Shown: in pieces, positions 51,458-63,639 of the stretch | How the letters are laid out: each line of letters begins with the position of its first letter | Position numbering within the stretch: the first letter of the stretch is position 1 | Source: an uncultured Phycisphaerales bacterium | GTDB lineage: Bacteria; Planctomycetota; Phycisphaerae; Tepidisphaerales; Tepidisphaeraceae | Reading direction: 5' to 3' | Assembly (NCBI GenBank): GCA_963755915.1 | Contig: CAVWLP010000002.1 | Location: 928,001-992,000 of the forward strand | Length of the DNA stretch: 64,000 nt | Position numbers and translations under genes: made by a program | Notes under the pieces: model-generated | Told to the model about the DNA's origin: nothing | Database searches by the model: none | What the model saw: only the letters and a program-made list of their open reading frames with translations

Positions 51458-52438
51458 GTGCAAGCCACTCCCATACGCCTGGGAATTCTGCTCGCCGCGA
51501 TCGCGGCCGGCCTCTCGATAGCGCCAATCGCCAGGGCAGATGATCTCACCAATCCCACCCCGGGCACGCCCAAAAATTTCACGTCCGCCGTCCAGGCCAG
51601 CGACGTCATCCTCGCCTCGGTCGTCGGCAACGAGGCCGAAGATCCCTTCGCCTCCCAGCAGCCCGACGTCCTTCCCGAGTGGGGCGATCAGGAAGTCAAC
51701 AACGGCAAGGTCCATTTCACCTTCGACTTCGCCTACTCCAACCGCTACCTCTACCGCGGCGTCGACCAGGACGCCGTTGCCTCACACAGCAACTCGCTGA
51801 ACCTGCTCTTCGACGGAAAGCTGGAATTCGACCTCGACAAATACCCCCATCCCTACGTTGAAGTCTTCACCAACATCTACGATTCCGACCCCGTCTCGCG
51901 CTTCCAGGAAGTCAGGCCCATCCTCGGCGTCAACTGGGACCTCAAGCCCTTCGATCTCGATCTCTCCGAGATCAGCTACATTTATCCCGAGCGCGAGTCG
52001 TATAACTATCCGGAAATCGACTTTAAGATCACCCTCGACGACAACCTGCTTTTGAATACCGAAAGGCCGGTCCTTTCCCCCTATGTCCTCGGCGCCTTTG
52101 AATATCAGAAGAACGAGGGGTGGTACGTGGAAACGGGAGTCAAGCACGATTTTGTCTTTGAGGATTGGGGCCTGGTCGTCACCCCCCAGGCCTGCGTCGC
52201 CTGGATTTCCGGAAGGCAGCAGATGTTCGTCTTCATCAACACCATCAAGAGCACCGGCTGGCAGCATTTAGAAGTCGGGCTCAACATCTCCTATTCTCTC
52301 AACAAGCTGCTCAACGTCTCCACCAAATACGGCGAGTTCGACGTCAAAGGATACGGCTTCTACGACGACAAGCTCTCCGACCAGGTCACCGCATCGAATG
52401 CCTTCTGGGGGGGAATTGGGCTGGGGTTCAGGTATTGA
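51458..52438 (+). CDS. Putative outer-membrane beta-barrel protein
   Basis: Signal peptide; YLYRG; alternating aromatic strands; C-terminal GIGLGFRY. Confidence 0.65.
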   Translation: MQATPIRLGILLAAIAAGLSIAPIARADDLTNPTPGTPKNFTSAVQASDVILASVVGNEAEDPFASQQPDVLPEWGDQEVNNGKVHFTFDFAYSNRYLYRGVDQDAVASHSNSLNLLFDGKLEFDLDKYPHPYVEVFTNIYDSDPVSRFQEVRPILGVNWDLKPFDLDLSEISYIYPERESYNYPEIDFKITLDDNLLLNTERPVLSPYVLGAFEYQKNEGWYVETGVKHDFVFEDWGLVVTPQACVAWISGRQQMFVFINTIKSTGWQHLEVGLNISYSLNKLLNVSTKYGEFDVKGYGFYDDKLSDQVTASNAFWGGIGLGFRY

Positions 52439-52524
52439 AACCGCATTAATTGTGGGTCATTGCAAAGCCGACTGCCTCAATGGTTAACGTCGCGATCACG
52501 CCGTGCTGATATGATATTCGGCTT

Positions 52525-52783
52525 ATGGTGTTGAGCCTTTCAATTTCGAATCAAGCCGAGGCCATTCTCAAGGCAAAAGCCAGCGCCGCCGGCGTCGATT
52601 TGCCCACCTATGTTTCGGGGCTTATCGAACAGTCAGCACGCACCGATCTCAATTCAGGAAATTAGCGGCCCCGTCGCGGACGACTTTGCAAAAACCGGCA
52701 TGACCGAAGATGAACTGAGCAATGTCCTGGAAGATGCAAAGCACCAGATGCGGGCGGAAAAACAAAAACGTCGCGGCGCATGA
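52525..52783 (+). pseudogene. Small antitoxin-like gene (one frameshift near 52645), no toxin partner
   Basis: Hand-translated MVLSLSISNQAEAILKAKASAAGVDLPTYVSGLIEQ.. / ..EISGPVADDFAKTGMTEDELSNVLEDAKHQMRAEK. Confidence 0.5.
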
Positions 52784-52836
52784 GCGAAGGTCATCCGACC
52801 CGTTCTCTCGCCCGAATTCTATTGGCCCGCCCGCAT

Positions 52837-52881
52837 TTTCCCCCTCCCCTGGTACTCCGGGGGAGGGTTGGGGTGGGGGCC
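52837..52881. repeat. Intergenic REP-like palindrome, same family as the helicase insert
   Basis: TTTCCCCCTCCCCTGGTACTCCGGGGGAGGGTTGGGGTGGGGGCC. Confidence 0.85.
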
Positions 52882-52968
52882 GCTTCGCAAATGAGCGTCA
52901 CACGCACGGACGGCCACACCGAAGGAGCCCCTTGATTCCCCCCCACCCCCACGGCACGATGCACCCTC

Positions 52969-53460
52969 ATGTCCTTCCCGCCGGCTGACTTTGATCCCCT
53001 CACGAAATGGTCGGCGATCATTGTGGCGCTTCTGACCATCCTCTACGCAACCCTCCGGCCGCTCTTCCGCAAAAAGGATCCCCTCGAAAAGCCCCACGCA
53101 TTCGGCAGCCTCGCCCAGCAGAGAGCCATCGAGCGCCAGATGCAGAACGCCCTCGTGGAAATGGCCGAGATGGCCCGGCAGATCTCCGCGCAAATCGACA
53201 CTCGTGCCGCCAAGCTCGAAGAGCTCATCCGCCAGGCCGACCAGCGGATCGCCGCCATGAAATCCCAGCCGCCTGAGCGCACCAGCGCGCCGCCGGCCCT
53301 TGCTCCCGAGCTCTCCTCACCCCCCGAACCCGCAGTCGCCGACCCGCGCCACGCCCAGATCTACGCCCTTGCCGACCAGGGCCATTCCTCCCGGGACATC
53401 GCCCAGCAGCTCAATCGTCCTAGCGGCGAAATCGAACTCATTCTGGCGCTGCGCCGATAG
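52969..53460 (+). CDS. Membrane-anchored coiled-coil protein with C-terminal HTH-like motif
   Basis: N-terminal TM; coiled coil; IYALADQG....IAQQL....GEIELIL. Confidence 0.7.
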   Translation: MSFPPADFDPLTKWSAIIVALLTILYATLRPLFRKKDPLEKPHAFGSLAQQRAIERQMQNALVEMAEMARQISAQIDTRAAKLEELIRQADQRIAAMKSQPPERTSAPPALAPELSSPPEPAVADPRHAQIYALADQGHSSRDIAQQLNRPSGEIELILALRR

Positions 53461-53466
53461 CAGCTC

Positions 53467-55038
53467 ATGGACGTCCTGATCAAAATTCTCGCCACGCTCG
53501 CTCTGGTGGCTCTGAACGCATTTTTCGTCGCCGCCGAATACGCCTCGATCGGCGCCCGCACCACCCGGCTGCGGATCAACTCCAAAAATTCCATGGCCGA
53601 TCGCGCCGCCCTGCTCATCAAATCGCGCCTCGACCTATTCCTTTCCAGTTGTCAGCTTGGCACCAGCCTCGCCGCCCTGGGTCTGGGGGCAATCACCGCC
53701 CCCGCCGTCGCGACCCTCCTCTCCCCCATCGCCGCGGGAATGCATCTGTCGCTTTCCGCGCAGCACGCGGTCGCCTTTCTCATGAGCTTTGCCATAGCCC
53801 TTTCGCTTCAACTGGTCATCGGCGAGCAAACCCCAAAATACATCGCGCTCGAACATGCCGAGGGGCTCTTGATGATCCTGGGCATTCCCCTGGTCATCTT
53901 CACCTATTTCTTTTATCCCGCGACCTGGCTCCTCAATTCCGCCACCCAGCTTGTGCTCCGCGCCCTGGGTGCCAGCGAACGCAAAACGCCCCTGGGCGCA
54001 AAATTTGTCCCCCATACCGAAGAAGAGTTGCATACCCTCCTCATGCAGGCCGCCGCCCAGGGCACCATCCCCGCCGGCAACGCCCGCCTCCTCTCCAACG
54101 CCTTCGAATTCGGCCGACTCAAGGTCCGCCAGATCATGACCCCGCGCCCGGAGGTCGATTCCCTCCTCATCAATCAGCCCATCGGCGACATCCTCCGCAT
54201 CGTCCAAAAGAGCGCTTTCACCCGCCTGCCTCTTTGCGACTCAGACCTCGACCACGTCATCGGGCAGATTCACATGAAGGACTTGTTCAACCATCTGAAC
54301 CTCGTCCCCGGCAAGCTCAAGTTCATCGATGAAACAACCCTCGCCGGAGAGGCCGTCGCCATTCCAACCGGCTTGCCCGGCTCCGCCGTCCACGTCATCG
54401 GGTCCGGCCAGATCGATCTGCGCAAAATCAAACGCGATGTCCTCTTCGTTCCCGAATTGATGCCCGTCAGCCGCCTCCTCCGCCAGTTTCAGACCTCGCA
54501 CCTCCACCTGGCCATCGTCGTCGACGAGTACGGCCTCACCCAGGGGGTCGTCACCATGGAAGACGTCCTCGAAGAGATCGTCGGACAGATCGAGGACGAA
54601 TTCGACCCCGTCTCCGCCACCGACCTCGTCCGCGACGGCGAAACCGTCCGCATCAATGGCCTTTTTCCCCTCCACGACCTCCACGAACGCCTCCCCATCG
54701 GCGACCTCCAGACCGAAGGAGTCGACACCGTCGGTGGTTTTATCGTCAAGCAGCTCAACCGCTGGCCCCGCGTCGGCGACGAGGTCGACATCGGCAAATA
54801 CCGCGCGAAAGTCCTCACCCTTCAGCAACGCCGCGTCGGACAGGTTTTGCTCAGCCCGGCGCAATCCCAACGACGGCCACCCCCCAATATCCAAAAATTA
54901 AGCTTCAATCCCGGAACGCCCACGGACTTCGGTGAGCTCAGTCGAACCGCGCCGCCGTGGGGGATTTGCAGTTCGCTCTCAAATCTCAAATCTCAAATCT
55001 CAAATCAAAAATTGACCCCCCCCACGACCGTAAATTAA
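53467..55038 (+). CDS. CNNM/CBS/CorC (HlyC/TlyC-family) transporter-associated protein; true 3' end probably nearer 54900
   Basis: LNAFFVAAEY, GEQTPK, IMTPR, FTRLP, VVDEYG..G..TMEDVLEEIVGQIEDEFD, CorC domain. Confidence 0.9.
   Translation: MDVLIKILATLALVALNAFFVAAEYASIGARTTRLRINSKNSMADRAALLIKSRLDLFLSSCQLGTSLAALGLGAITAPAVATLLSPIAAGMHLSLSAQHAVAFLMSFAIALSLQLVIGEQTPKYIALEHAEGLLMILGIPLVIFTYFFYPATWLLNSATQLVLRALGASERKTPLGAKFVPHTEEELHTLLMQAAAQGTIPAGNARLLSNAFEFGRLKVRQIMTPRPEVDSLLINQPIGDILRIVQKSAFTRLPLCDSDLDHVIGQIHMKDLFNHLNLVPGKLKFIDETTLAGEAVAIPTGLPGSAVHVIGSGQIDLRKIKRDVLFVPELMPVSRLLRQFQTSHLHLAIVVDEYGLTQGVVTMEDVLEEIVGQIEDEFDPVSATDLVRDGETVRINGLFPLHDLHERLPIGDLQTEGVDTVGGFIVKQLNRWPRVGDEVDIGKYRAKVLTLQQRRVGQVLLSPAQSQRRPPPNIQKLSFNPGTPTDFGELSRTAPPWGICSSLSNLKSQISNQKLTPPTTVN
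54920..54961. repeat. Hairpin CCCACGGCG-C-CGCCGTGGG interrupted by a 24-nt mini-element (54925-54948)
   Basis: GACTTCGGTGAGCTCAGTCGAACC matches 3411-3434 at 22/24. Confidence 0.85.
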
Positions 55039-55227
55039 CACAATGCAAATCTGCGCCATTCACCCTTCGCACCACCGCACAAAACCTTTACAATCACCCC
55101 TGGCAAGGACCGATAACTGCGCGGTTGATTTATTGGAAGCTTTTTAGGAAGTTCAGCGTAGATCACATGGTAGGATGGCACGATAGATAAGTTGTAGTGA
55201 TTCGGCGGTTGTACAGGATTTCGGCCG

Positions 55228-58200
55228 ATGGGCTCCAGTCCCCCTTCAAAATCAGTTGATCCGGAGCTGGTCCCGCAGGGTGAATACGCGGGCAAGCCGG
55301 GGATGAAGCTGCGCAAGCCCGTCGTCGTCGTCGGCACCGCCGAGCACTGCCACCTCCACCTCGTCTCCTCCAGCGTCAGCCGACATCACGCGCTCATTAT
55401 CAAGGACCAGGACGGCGTTTACATTCGCGACCTCGGCAGCCGCACCAAGGTTGTCGTCAACGGCCAACCCCAGCGCGAGTCGATGCTCGCCGACGGCGAC
55501 GTCATCCAGATCGGCCGTTTCTCCTTCAAATTCTCCTACCAGCAGAACGGAAGCACCGTCGCCAAATCCGTTCCCGCCCGGGTCGCGGTCGACGGCGAGC
55601 CTCCCCTGCCGCTCGAAAGCCGCACGATGCTGATCGGGCGCGGCGAAGACTGCGAAATTGCCCTCAAAGACCAGGCGGTCTCCTCCCGCCACGCGGTGAT
55701 CTTCACCGTCCAGGGCAAACGATTCCTGCGCGATCTCGATTCGCGCACCGGCACCTTCGTCGCCGGCAAAGAGATCCACCAGCAGGAGATCAAACCGGGC
55801 GACGAATTTCAGGTTGGCACCGCGAAAATCAAGCTAACGGAAGCCGCCCGTGCCAAGGCCGCCGAAGCTGCGACGGCCCGGGCTGCCGAACCCGCGGCGC
55901 CAAAGGTCGCAGAAGCGCCGCCAACGAGGATCGAAACGACAAAAATCGAGCCGGCGAAGATCCAATCGCCCAAGGTTGCGCCTCCCCCCGCCGTGGTAGA
56001 GGAGCCGATTCCGATCGAACCAGTCGCGGAAGCCGAGCCGCTGGTTCCTTCCATCGACCCGCTGGCCGAATTGCTCGGGCTCGATTCGGAGCCCAAATCG
56101 GAACCAGAAGAAGCCCCGCCCACCCCCGCGCCAGTGGCGGCCGAGCCGGAGCATTCAGGCGATACGCATGCCCTCGAAGCCCTCGCCGAACCGGCTGTTC
56201 CGGAAGCGACTGAGGAAGCCCCCGCAGAGGAAGAACCGATTCCGGTGGAACCGGTCGCGGAAGCCGAGCCAGAACATTCCGGCGATACACACGCCCTCGA
56301 AGCCCTCGCCGAGCCGGCTGCGCCGGAAGCCCCTACTGAAGAAGAACTGATCCCGCTGGCAGACGCTTCACAACAAGACACTACCCAAGAGATTTCTCCA
56401 AAAGTTCAAGCGCCGGTGGCCGTTGCACCCCCGCCGCCGCCCCCGGCCACGCCGCGGCTCCCCCGCGACATGTACATCCTGGAGCGCCCCGCCCAGCCCC
56501 CCATCACCCCTTCAGCCAAGCAAGACGCTCCCGCCGCGCCAGAGGCGATTCCCCAGGCTCGTGCCGGTGTCCCCACCGGCGGAATCCCAGTCGCTCAAGA
56601 GACACAGGAACCGCTGGAGATTGCGGAGATTGCATCGCCAACCCCCCTTCCGATCACGCAAGAGCCGATTGTGACCTCGGAGCCGCAAACCGCCGAAGAG
56701 CCGGCAATCCCCCTCGCCGAGGACACCGCTCCAGAGCAAGAAAAAACTGAAGACATTGCCGAGACCTTGGCCCGTTCTATCGGAACTGTTGTCGAGCAAC
56801 CCACGCCGATCGAGTTCGCCGATGAACCCGAGCCTGCCCAGGCGGCCCCCGTCGCCCAGGAGCCGACGGCCCAGATTCCAGTTGAGCCCGAACCTTCCGC
56901 CGAACAAGAAGCCCCCGCGGGAAAAGCAGAAACCCCCGAGATCGGCGTTCCAATCGAACTCGTCAGCGAAGCTCAGGCAGCCGAAGAGCGCCACGACGAC
57001 GAAATGATCGCCGAGCCGGTGACCGCCGCCGCGCCCCATCCGCCCCCGCCCGAGCCGGCGATCGAAGTACACGCCGCCGAGCATCCGGTTTATCCAACCA
57101 TCGACCTCTCCGATGCCCCGACATTCCCTTCCGCCCCGGCGGAGCTGGAAATCGCGCCGATCGCGCCGGCGGCAGAGCTGCCCGCCTCTGCCGGCTCCAT
57201 TGTCGAACCCGAAATCAAATCGCCCGCCCCCATTGAAATCCAGCGCGAACTTGAGCCGGTTTCCCTTCCGTCCGAGCCTCTGGAACTGCCCGAAATTCCA
57301 GAGATCGATTTCTCCCAGGCCGTCGATCTGCCCGAAGCCCCGACGGTGGAGGCCATCGCTGGACCGGCCGCGATTCCCATCGAACCGGTGATTTCACCGC
57401 CTCTCACCGAAATTTCCCAAAATATTGAATCGCCCCAGTTGCCTGAACCTCTTGAACCGATGGAAGAAGCGCCGGTCGCCGAAGAAATCCCGACTGACAC
57501 CGCGCCCCAGCCTCTACCTGATTTTCCCGAACCAATTGAGCCAGTCGCGCCTGTTGAGCCGCAGGCCGACCTGCCGGAATTCAGCCTCGCCGCCCCCGAG
57601 CCTATCGCAACATTTGAACCGCAGGCGGAAGCGCCACAAGAAGAGTCGCTGTCCGAAGAGCCAATCCCCCTCGAAGCCCCGATTGCCCTCGCGCTGCAGG
57701 ACGAACCGTCTGACGCGATCGCCCACCCGGAAATCGATCTCTCACCGCCGCCGGAATCTTCAGCGGTTGCCGAAGCCCCAATTCAAAGCGAGGATTTCGC
57801 TCCCGCCGAGTCCTCGCCGCTCGCCGACGTCGTCTCCTTCGATTTTTCAACGGAATCAGACTCGGCCGAGCTTCAATTCGACGCCGGCCCCAGGGTCCAG
57901 ACAATTGAATCTCCTGACGCATCGCTCGCCCCTCCGGAATCGTCCGAAACGCCCACCGAGCTGCAAATCGACTTTTCCCCCAACGAGGAGCAGTCTCTCG
58001 ACGAGGCGCGGTCCCCCGAACCCGCCGTGATGCCCGAGCTGATTGCCGACGAGTCGGCCTCCCCGGCGATCCCCACCATTGACTTCTCCGCCGTCTCCGA
58101 AACGCCCATTGAATCCGACGCCAGCGCACCCCTCAGTTTCGAAACCTCCGTGCCCCCCGAAGACCAGGCCGGACGCGAAGAGATCGTCCTCGAAGGCGGC

Positions 58201-61200
58201 ACGCCTCCAGAGCCCGAGCAAGCCCCGGAGTTCTCAACCGATGAGATCAAGAGCGAATCCCCCGAATTTACCACGGCCGTCGAAACCCTTACCCCCGAAG
58301 CTCCTCTCCCCGAAGCCGAAACCGAAGCCCCGAAAAAGCGGGGCCGCGGCCGCCCCCGCAAGACCGAGACGACCCCGCGCACAAAAGTGAAACGCACCGC
58401 GCCCAGGAAAGGGGAAGCCGCCGACGAAACCCCCATCGAAATCCCCCCCTCCGAAATCTCCGTCGCCGAAACCCTGTCGCCCCTGGCCCAGCCGCAGCCC
58501 GCTCTCCCCGAATCCGGCATGGCGCCACCCGTCGATATCGAGCCGACGATTTCCGTTTCCCAACCCCCCGATTCCCCCAGCGAACCGCAGCCCGAGCAGC
58601 TCGCCGCCGAGGCTTCCGCCGCCGCCAGCGAAGCTCCCGAAGAATCCGCCCAGCCGACGGTGTCGATCCCATCCGAATTACAGGCCCCTCAGCCCGAAGC
58701 TCCACAGCCCGAAGCTCCACAGCCCCAAGCTCCACAGCCCCAAGCGCTCCCCGCGACGGAGTTGACAGACGTTACCGCCTCCTCCGCCGATTTCGCCGAA
58801 ACGAGTGTCGAAGAAACGCTCACAGTCTCAGCCGAACCCGAACCGCTTGCACCCTCGGAGCCCGCTTCCGAACCGGTAGGTTCCATGACCGGCGCCACCG
58901 CCTCCTCCGCCGACGCCGTCGAGACCTATGCCGAGCAGAACACCCCCGTAATCGGCGAGTCAGATTCCCTCGCCCCGCCGGAAGCAGCACCGGAGCCGGT
59001 AAGTTCCATGTCTGGCGCCACCGCATCTTCCGCCGACGCCGTCGAGACCAATATCGAGCAGAACGTCACCGTCATCGGCGAGCCGGAGTCGCTCGCCCCG
59101 CCCGAATCAACTCCCCATCCCGTGGGTTCCGTGACTGGCGCAACAGCCTCCTCCTCAGATTTCGTTGAGACCAGCGCCGAGCCCGAACTGGCAATGCCAG
59201 AAGAAACCGTGTCACAAAGCGCTGACGAAATCAGCCTGACAACAACCCCCGAGGCAATCGAGCCCGCCATCGACCTGCCGACCGTCACGTCCTCCGCCCC
59301 CCCGGAGATCCCCCCAGAGATCCCCCCAGAGATTCCGTCGCAGATTCCCCCGAAGGCAGCACCCGCGCCAGAGGCCGGCGACACAATCGAAATCCCCAAC
59401 TCCCTGATCGTCCCCGAATCCGAAATCGGTTTCACCTCCACCGATTTGTCTCACGAGCCTTACCCGGCAATTCCCCCTCCCCCGCGCCTCTTCGCGCCGA
59501 GCACCGGCCAACCCATCCCCGGTTTCGGCGGCCTGAGTTTCATCGGCGGCGGAACCGTAAACCTCGACCATTTCCTCGGTGGCATGCCCATCAACGCCCC
59601 CCCGGGTTCCGACGCCCCAGCCGGCGCCGTCGTCATCACCGGCGGCATGCCCATCCAATTGCCGAAAATCCCCCCGCCCCCAGCCCACTTCGGCAAGGTG
59701 GCGCACTGGTTCGGCGAGGTCACCCATCCCTGGGATAAAACCCCCGCGACATCGCCAATCATACCCGAGCCCGAGGCCCCGCTGATCGAAGCCCCGCCCC
59801 CCTCACCCCCCCCGGTCTTCCTGGAAACCCCGCCCCCCGCGACACCTGTCGAACCGATCACGGAACTGCCCGAGCTCGAGCCGCTTGCCAAAATCGTCCC
59901 GCCCCCGCTCGAAATCGCGCCGCCGCTCGAAATCGCGCCGCCGCCAATACCCGTCGCGGAGCCTTTAGCTCCCCCGCCCGAAGCGCCAGCGCCGCCCAAA
60001 ACAACGGCCGCCCCCGCTGCCGCGCCCCCGCCGCGGAAACCGCTCTTCTCCAGCGAATCCAAACAATCACGGCCAGCCACTTCAACGCCCCGCGCCCGCC
60101 GCGAACCCCCCGCCCCTTCAACCGCATTCGATGGCCTGGCCATGCCCGCGCCCGTCGGCGACGTCTTCTCCCAATTCGATTCCGCCTACGTCCCCATCAA
60201 CGACGCCGCCTTCGGCGGGGCTCCCATGACCGGGGTGAACGACATCCATATCCCCGACAGCCCCGAATTCGCCAAACGCCGCGCCGAAACCGAGGATCTG
60301 GAAAAGGATTTCTCCCTCGACGATTTCTGGAACCAGACCGACGAAGACGAAAAACCCGCCGCCCCCCCACCGCCATCGTTCAAGCCCCCCGCGCCTCCCC
60401 GCGCGTCGCCAAGGCGGGGACAAGGGTAATGCCCAAAGCTCCCGCTCCCAAAATTATCCCCCGTCCCCCCGCGGAAGTTAAACCCCCGCCCCAAGAGCCG
60501 CCTCCCATCGAGGCAAAAACCCCCGAGCCGATCATCCCGCCGCCTCTACCACAGGAGCCGCCGCCGATTGCTGAAATTCCACCGCCCCCGGTAGAAGAAA
60601 TTCCCCCAGCTCCCCCAGAGCCAATCGCACAAGAGCCTATCGCATCGCCGCCCGTCGCGGAGGATCCGATCCCCGAGGAGCCCGTAATCTCCCAACCCCC
60701 AGCCCTCGCCGAAGAGCAGCAGATTTCCGCCACGATCCCCCCGATCGAAGAAACCGCCGCCCCTCCCCCGCAAGATCCGAGCGCGCAGAATGCGATCGCG
60801 CTGGATCCGATCGCACTGGAAGAACCCCCCACTGCCCCCGTCCCCATCGAAGGTACGTCCGAACACCCCGGCCTTCCCACGCTCGAAGACCTCCTCTCCG
60901 AGCCCCCCCGGCAACCGAACCCCCCGCCGACGAGCCGGCCCTAAAGCTGGAAGACGAGCCCCCCGCTCCCCCCCTCGCTCCACCGCCCCCCGCAATCGAA
61001 AACATCACCGAAGTTCCGCCACCCGCTCCTCCAGCGGAAGAGCCTTCCCTCCCCGCGCTCGACGAAACATTGATCACCGCCGATGCCTCCGCCGAAACTT
61101 TCGCCGACGTCCCCGCCCTCTCGGACGATCAGGAGCCCGCACCGGCAGACATCCCCCCGCTCGAATCGACCATCGCCAACGACCAGATTCCCGCAGGAAA

Positions 61201-63505
61201 TAACCCCGCGCAAGCCGATATTGGCAACGAGGATACGCGAATTGACGATTCCCCGCAGCGGCCCGAAACACCGCTCTCCTCGCTGGATGATACGCAAATG
61301 CGCAGCGCTGAAATCGAGCAGTTAATCGGGCCCCACGAGGACCCTACCGTAGACGACCCCGTCCACGCTCTGCCGCCCGAGCAAATCCACCACGACCCTC
61401 CCTCCGCCGCAACCGCCGTCGCCACAGCTCCGCCAAAACGCCGCCGCTCCCTGGTCCCCGCGCTTATGGCCCTGATCCTCCTCGGCATCGCCGGCGCACT
61501 CGTCGCCATCCACTTTTACGTCCCCGTCCAGGAACAGGTCACCGGCCGTCTCACCTTCGACAACTTTAACTTCATCCCCGGCACCCAGGACGCCATCCAA
61601 TTCGAATCCGCTCAGCGCCGCCTCCTCGCCGCTCCCGACACCCGCCGCCGCGCCGTCGACGCCCTCACCCGAACCAGCCCCAGCGTCCAGGCCGGATTCC
61701 TCGCCAGCGAAGACCCCTTCGACCGCGTCATCTCCACCGTCTCCCTCACCTCCCTCGGCCACACCCCCGTCCAGACCGCCCTGGACATCTCCCGCACCGG
61801 CGCCGACAAGGACGGCGACCGCGCCCGCATGCTCGCCCTCCTTCAAGCCCTCTACGACGTCAACGCCCCCGCCCTCGACGCCAACCGGCGCGCGCTCGAC
61901 GCCCTCGACCAGGCCCAGCGCCAGGTCAACGAAGACCAGCAGAAGCTCGACGACACCAAGAACGAGATGGCCGCTCTTCAATCCGTCATCGATGCCCAGC
62001 CCCCCGTCGAGCAGTTCAATCAGCTTCTCTCCAAGAAAAACCAGCTCGAGCGCGACCGCCTCGACGCCGAAAACGCCGTCAACCGTGACCGCTCCGATCT
62101 CGCCCAGCTCCAGGCTCCCCCCGCAAGCACCTCCACCCAGCCCGACCTCGCCTCCGACGCCCAGCTCGCCCAGATGCGCCAGCAGATCAAAGACCTCACC
62201 GCCGAGCTCGACGCCGCCCGATCCGACCAGATGTCCGGCGCCGTCCTTGCACGACAGCAGCTCCAGCGCGCCGAAAGCCAGTTCAACGACCAGATCGCGA
62301 GCGCCAATGAAGTCCTCGACGGCGGCTCCAAGCTCCGCCAGTTCGTTGACTCCGCCATGGACTCTCAGGCCAAGGCCCGCGAACTGATCGACATGGTCAT
62401 CATCGACGGCCAGGACCTCGAAAAGCAGCTCGAAGACACCCAGCGCGACGTCGAAGACCTCATCGAATCCCGCCAGGCCGAAAAATGGGCCGCCGACCCT
62501 CAGCTCCAGGAAATCCGCGAAAGCCTCGAAAGCGCCCAGCACCGCTATAACGCCAACGTCGGCCAGGGCGTCACCGACCCCCGCATCCTCGACCCCCTCC
62601 AGAAAGAAATCGATTCCGACACCGCCCAGATGCACCAGCGCCAGCAAGACCTCGGCGTCGACCCCAACGAAATCAAAGTCCAGGAAGGCCTCAGCAATCT
62701 CGTCCAATCCCTCCGCACCAAGCTCCAGAAGGAAAAAGAGCAAACCGACAGCGTCCTCGACCCGCTCGAAAAACAACTCGCCGACCTCGACCCCGTCGTC
62801 ACCGCCATGCCCGCCGCCGAGCAGGACCTCGCCAGGCAAATCAAGCAGCGCCTCGCCGACCTCAACGACGCCCGCAAAAAATACGCCCAGAGCGTCGGCG
62901 AAGACCAGCCCCCCGCCTCCGCCAAAGTCCTCGATCTCCAGAACCAGATCACCGACCTGAAATCCCGCCTCGTCGCCAGGCAGCAAGTCCTCACCCAGGC
63001 CGCCGCCGCGGCCGCCCAGGCCCGTCAAACCACCGACCTCACTTCCGCCCAGCAGCACCTGACGACTGACCAGAAAACCCTCGACGCCGCCACCCAGTCC
63101 TACGCCACGGCCCTGGCCGCCTTCCAGGAAGTCGAATCCAAGCGTGACGCCGCCGTCGCTGCTCAGCAGAAAAAGATCAACCTCATGGACGATCAGCGCG
63201 CCGCCTTCACCAGTCTCGAATCCGCCAAGCGCGACCGCGACGACAAACAAGCCGCCGCCCAGCAGGCCTTCAACCTCGAGCCCGTCTCCGACGCGAGCGT
63301 CACCGTCATCGCCCCCACCGATCCCCGCCTCATCTACTCCGCCATCGTCCTCGGCGCCGGCCTCCTGATAATGGCCATCCTCGCCCTCGTCTCCCACTTC
63401 TCCGCCCGCAAAAAACACCCCGCCCACAAACTCATCGTCCCCGACGATTTCGACACCCTGGTCATCCCCCTCGCCGGCCACGATTCCAACGACGACGCCC
63501 GCTAA
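55228..63505 (+). CDS. Giant (~2750 aa) protein: two FHA domains, acidic Pro-rich linker, TM, long coiled coil, TM (apparent frameshifts near 60420 and 60900-60960)
   Basis: VSRHHA..DLGSR..VNG and GR..VSSRHA..DLDSRTGTF; P/E/A-rich to ~61400; TM ~61450-61520; heptad Q/L/A/D region; TM ~63330-63395; the 61070 ORF frame stays open upstream with the same composition. Confidence 0.75.
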
Positions 63506-63639
63506 AATAAAACGATTCTCTCACACCGCCGCCGTTTAGCCGCGACCCGAAGGGAAGCGTTTTCCCCGTTTTTCACACAATTTCGCTGAATACTTTCAAC
63601 CCCTGCTGACCAAGCTCCTTGTTCGCTATCATTACTTCC

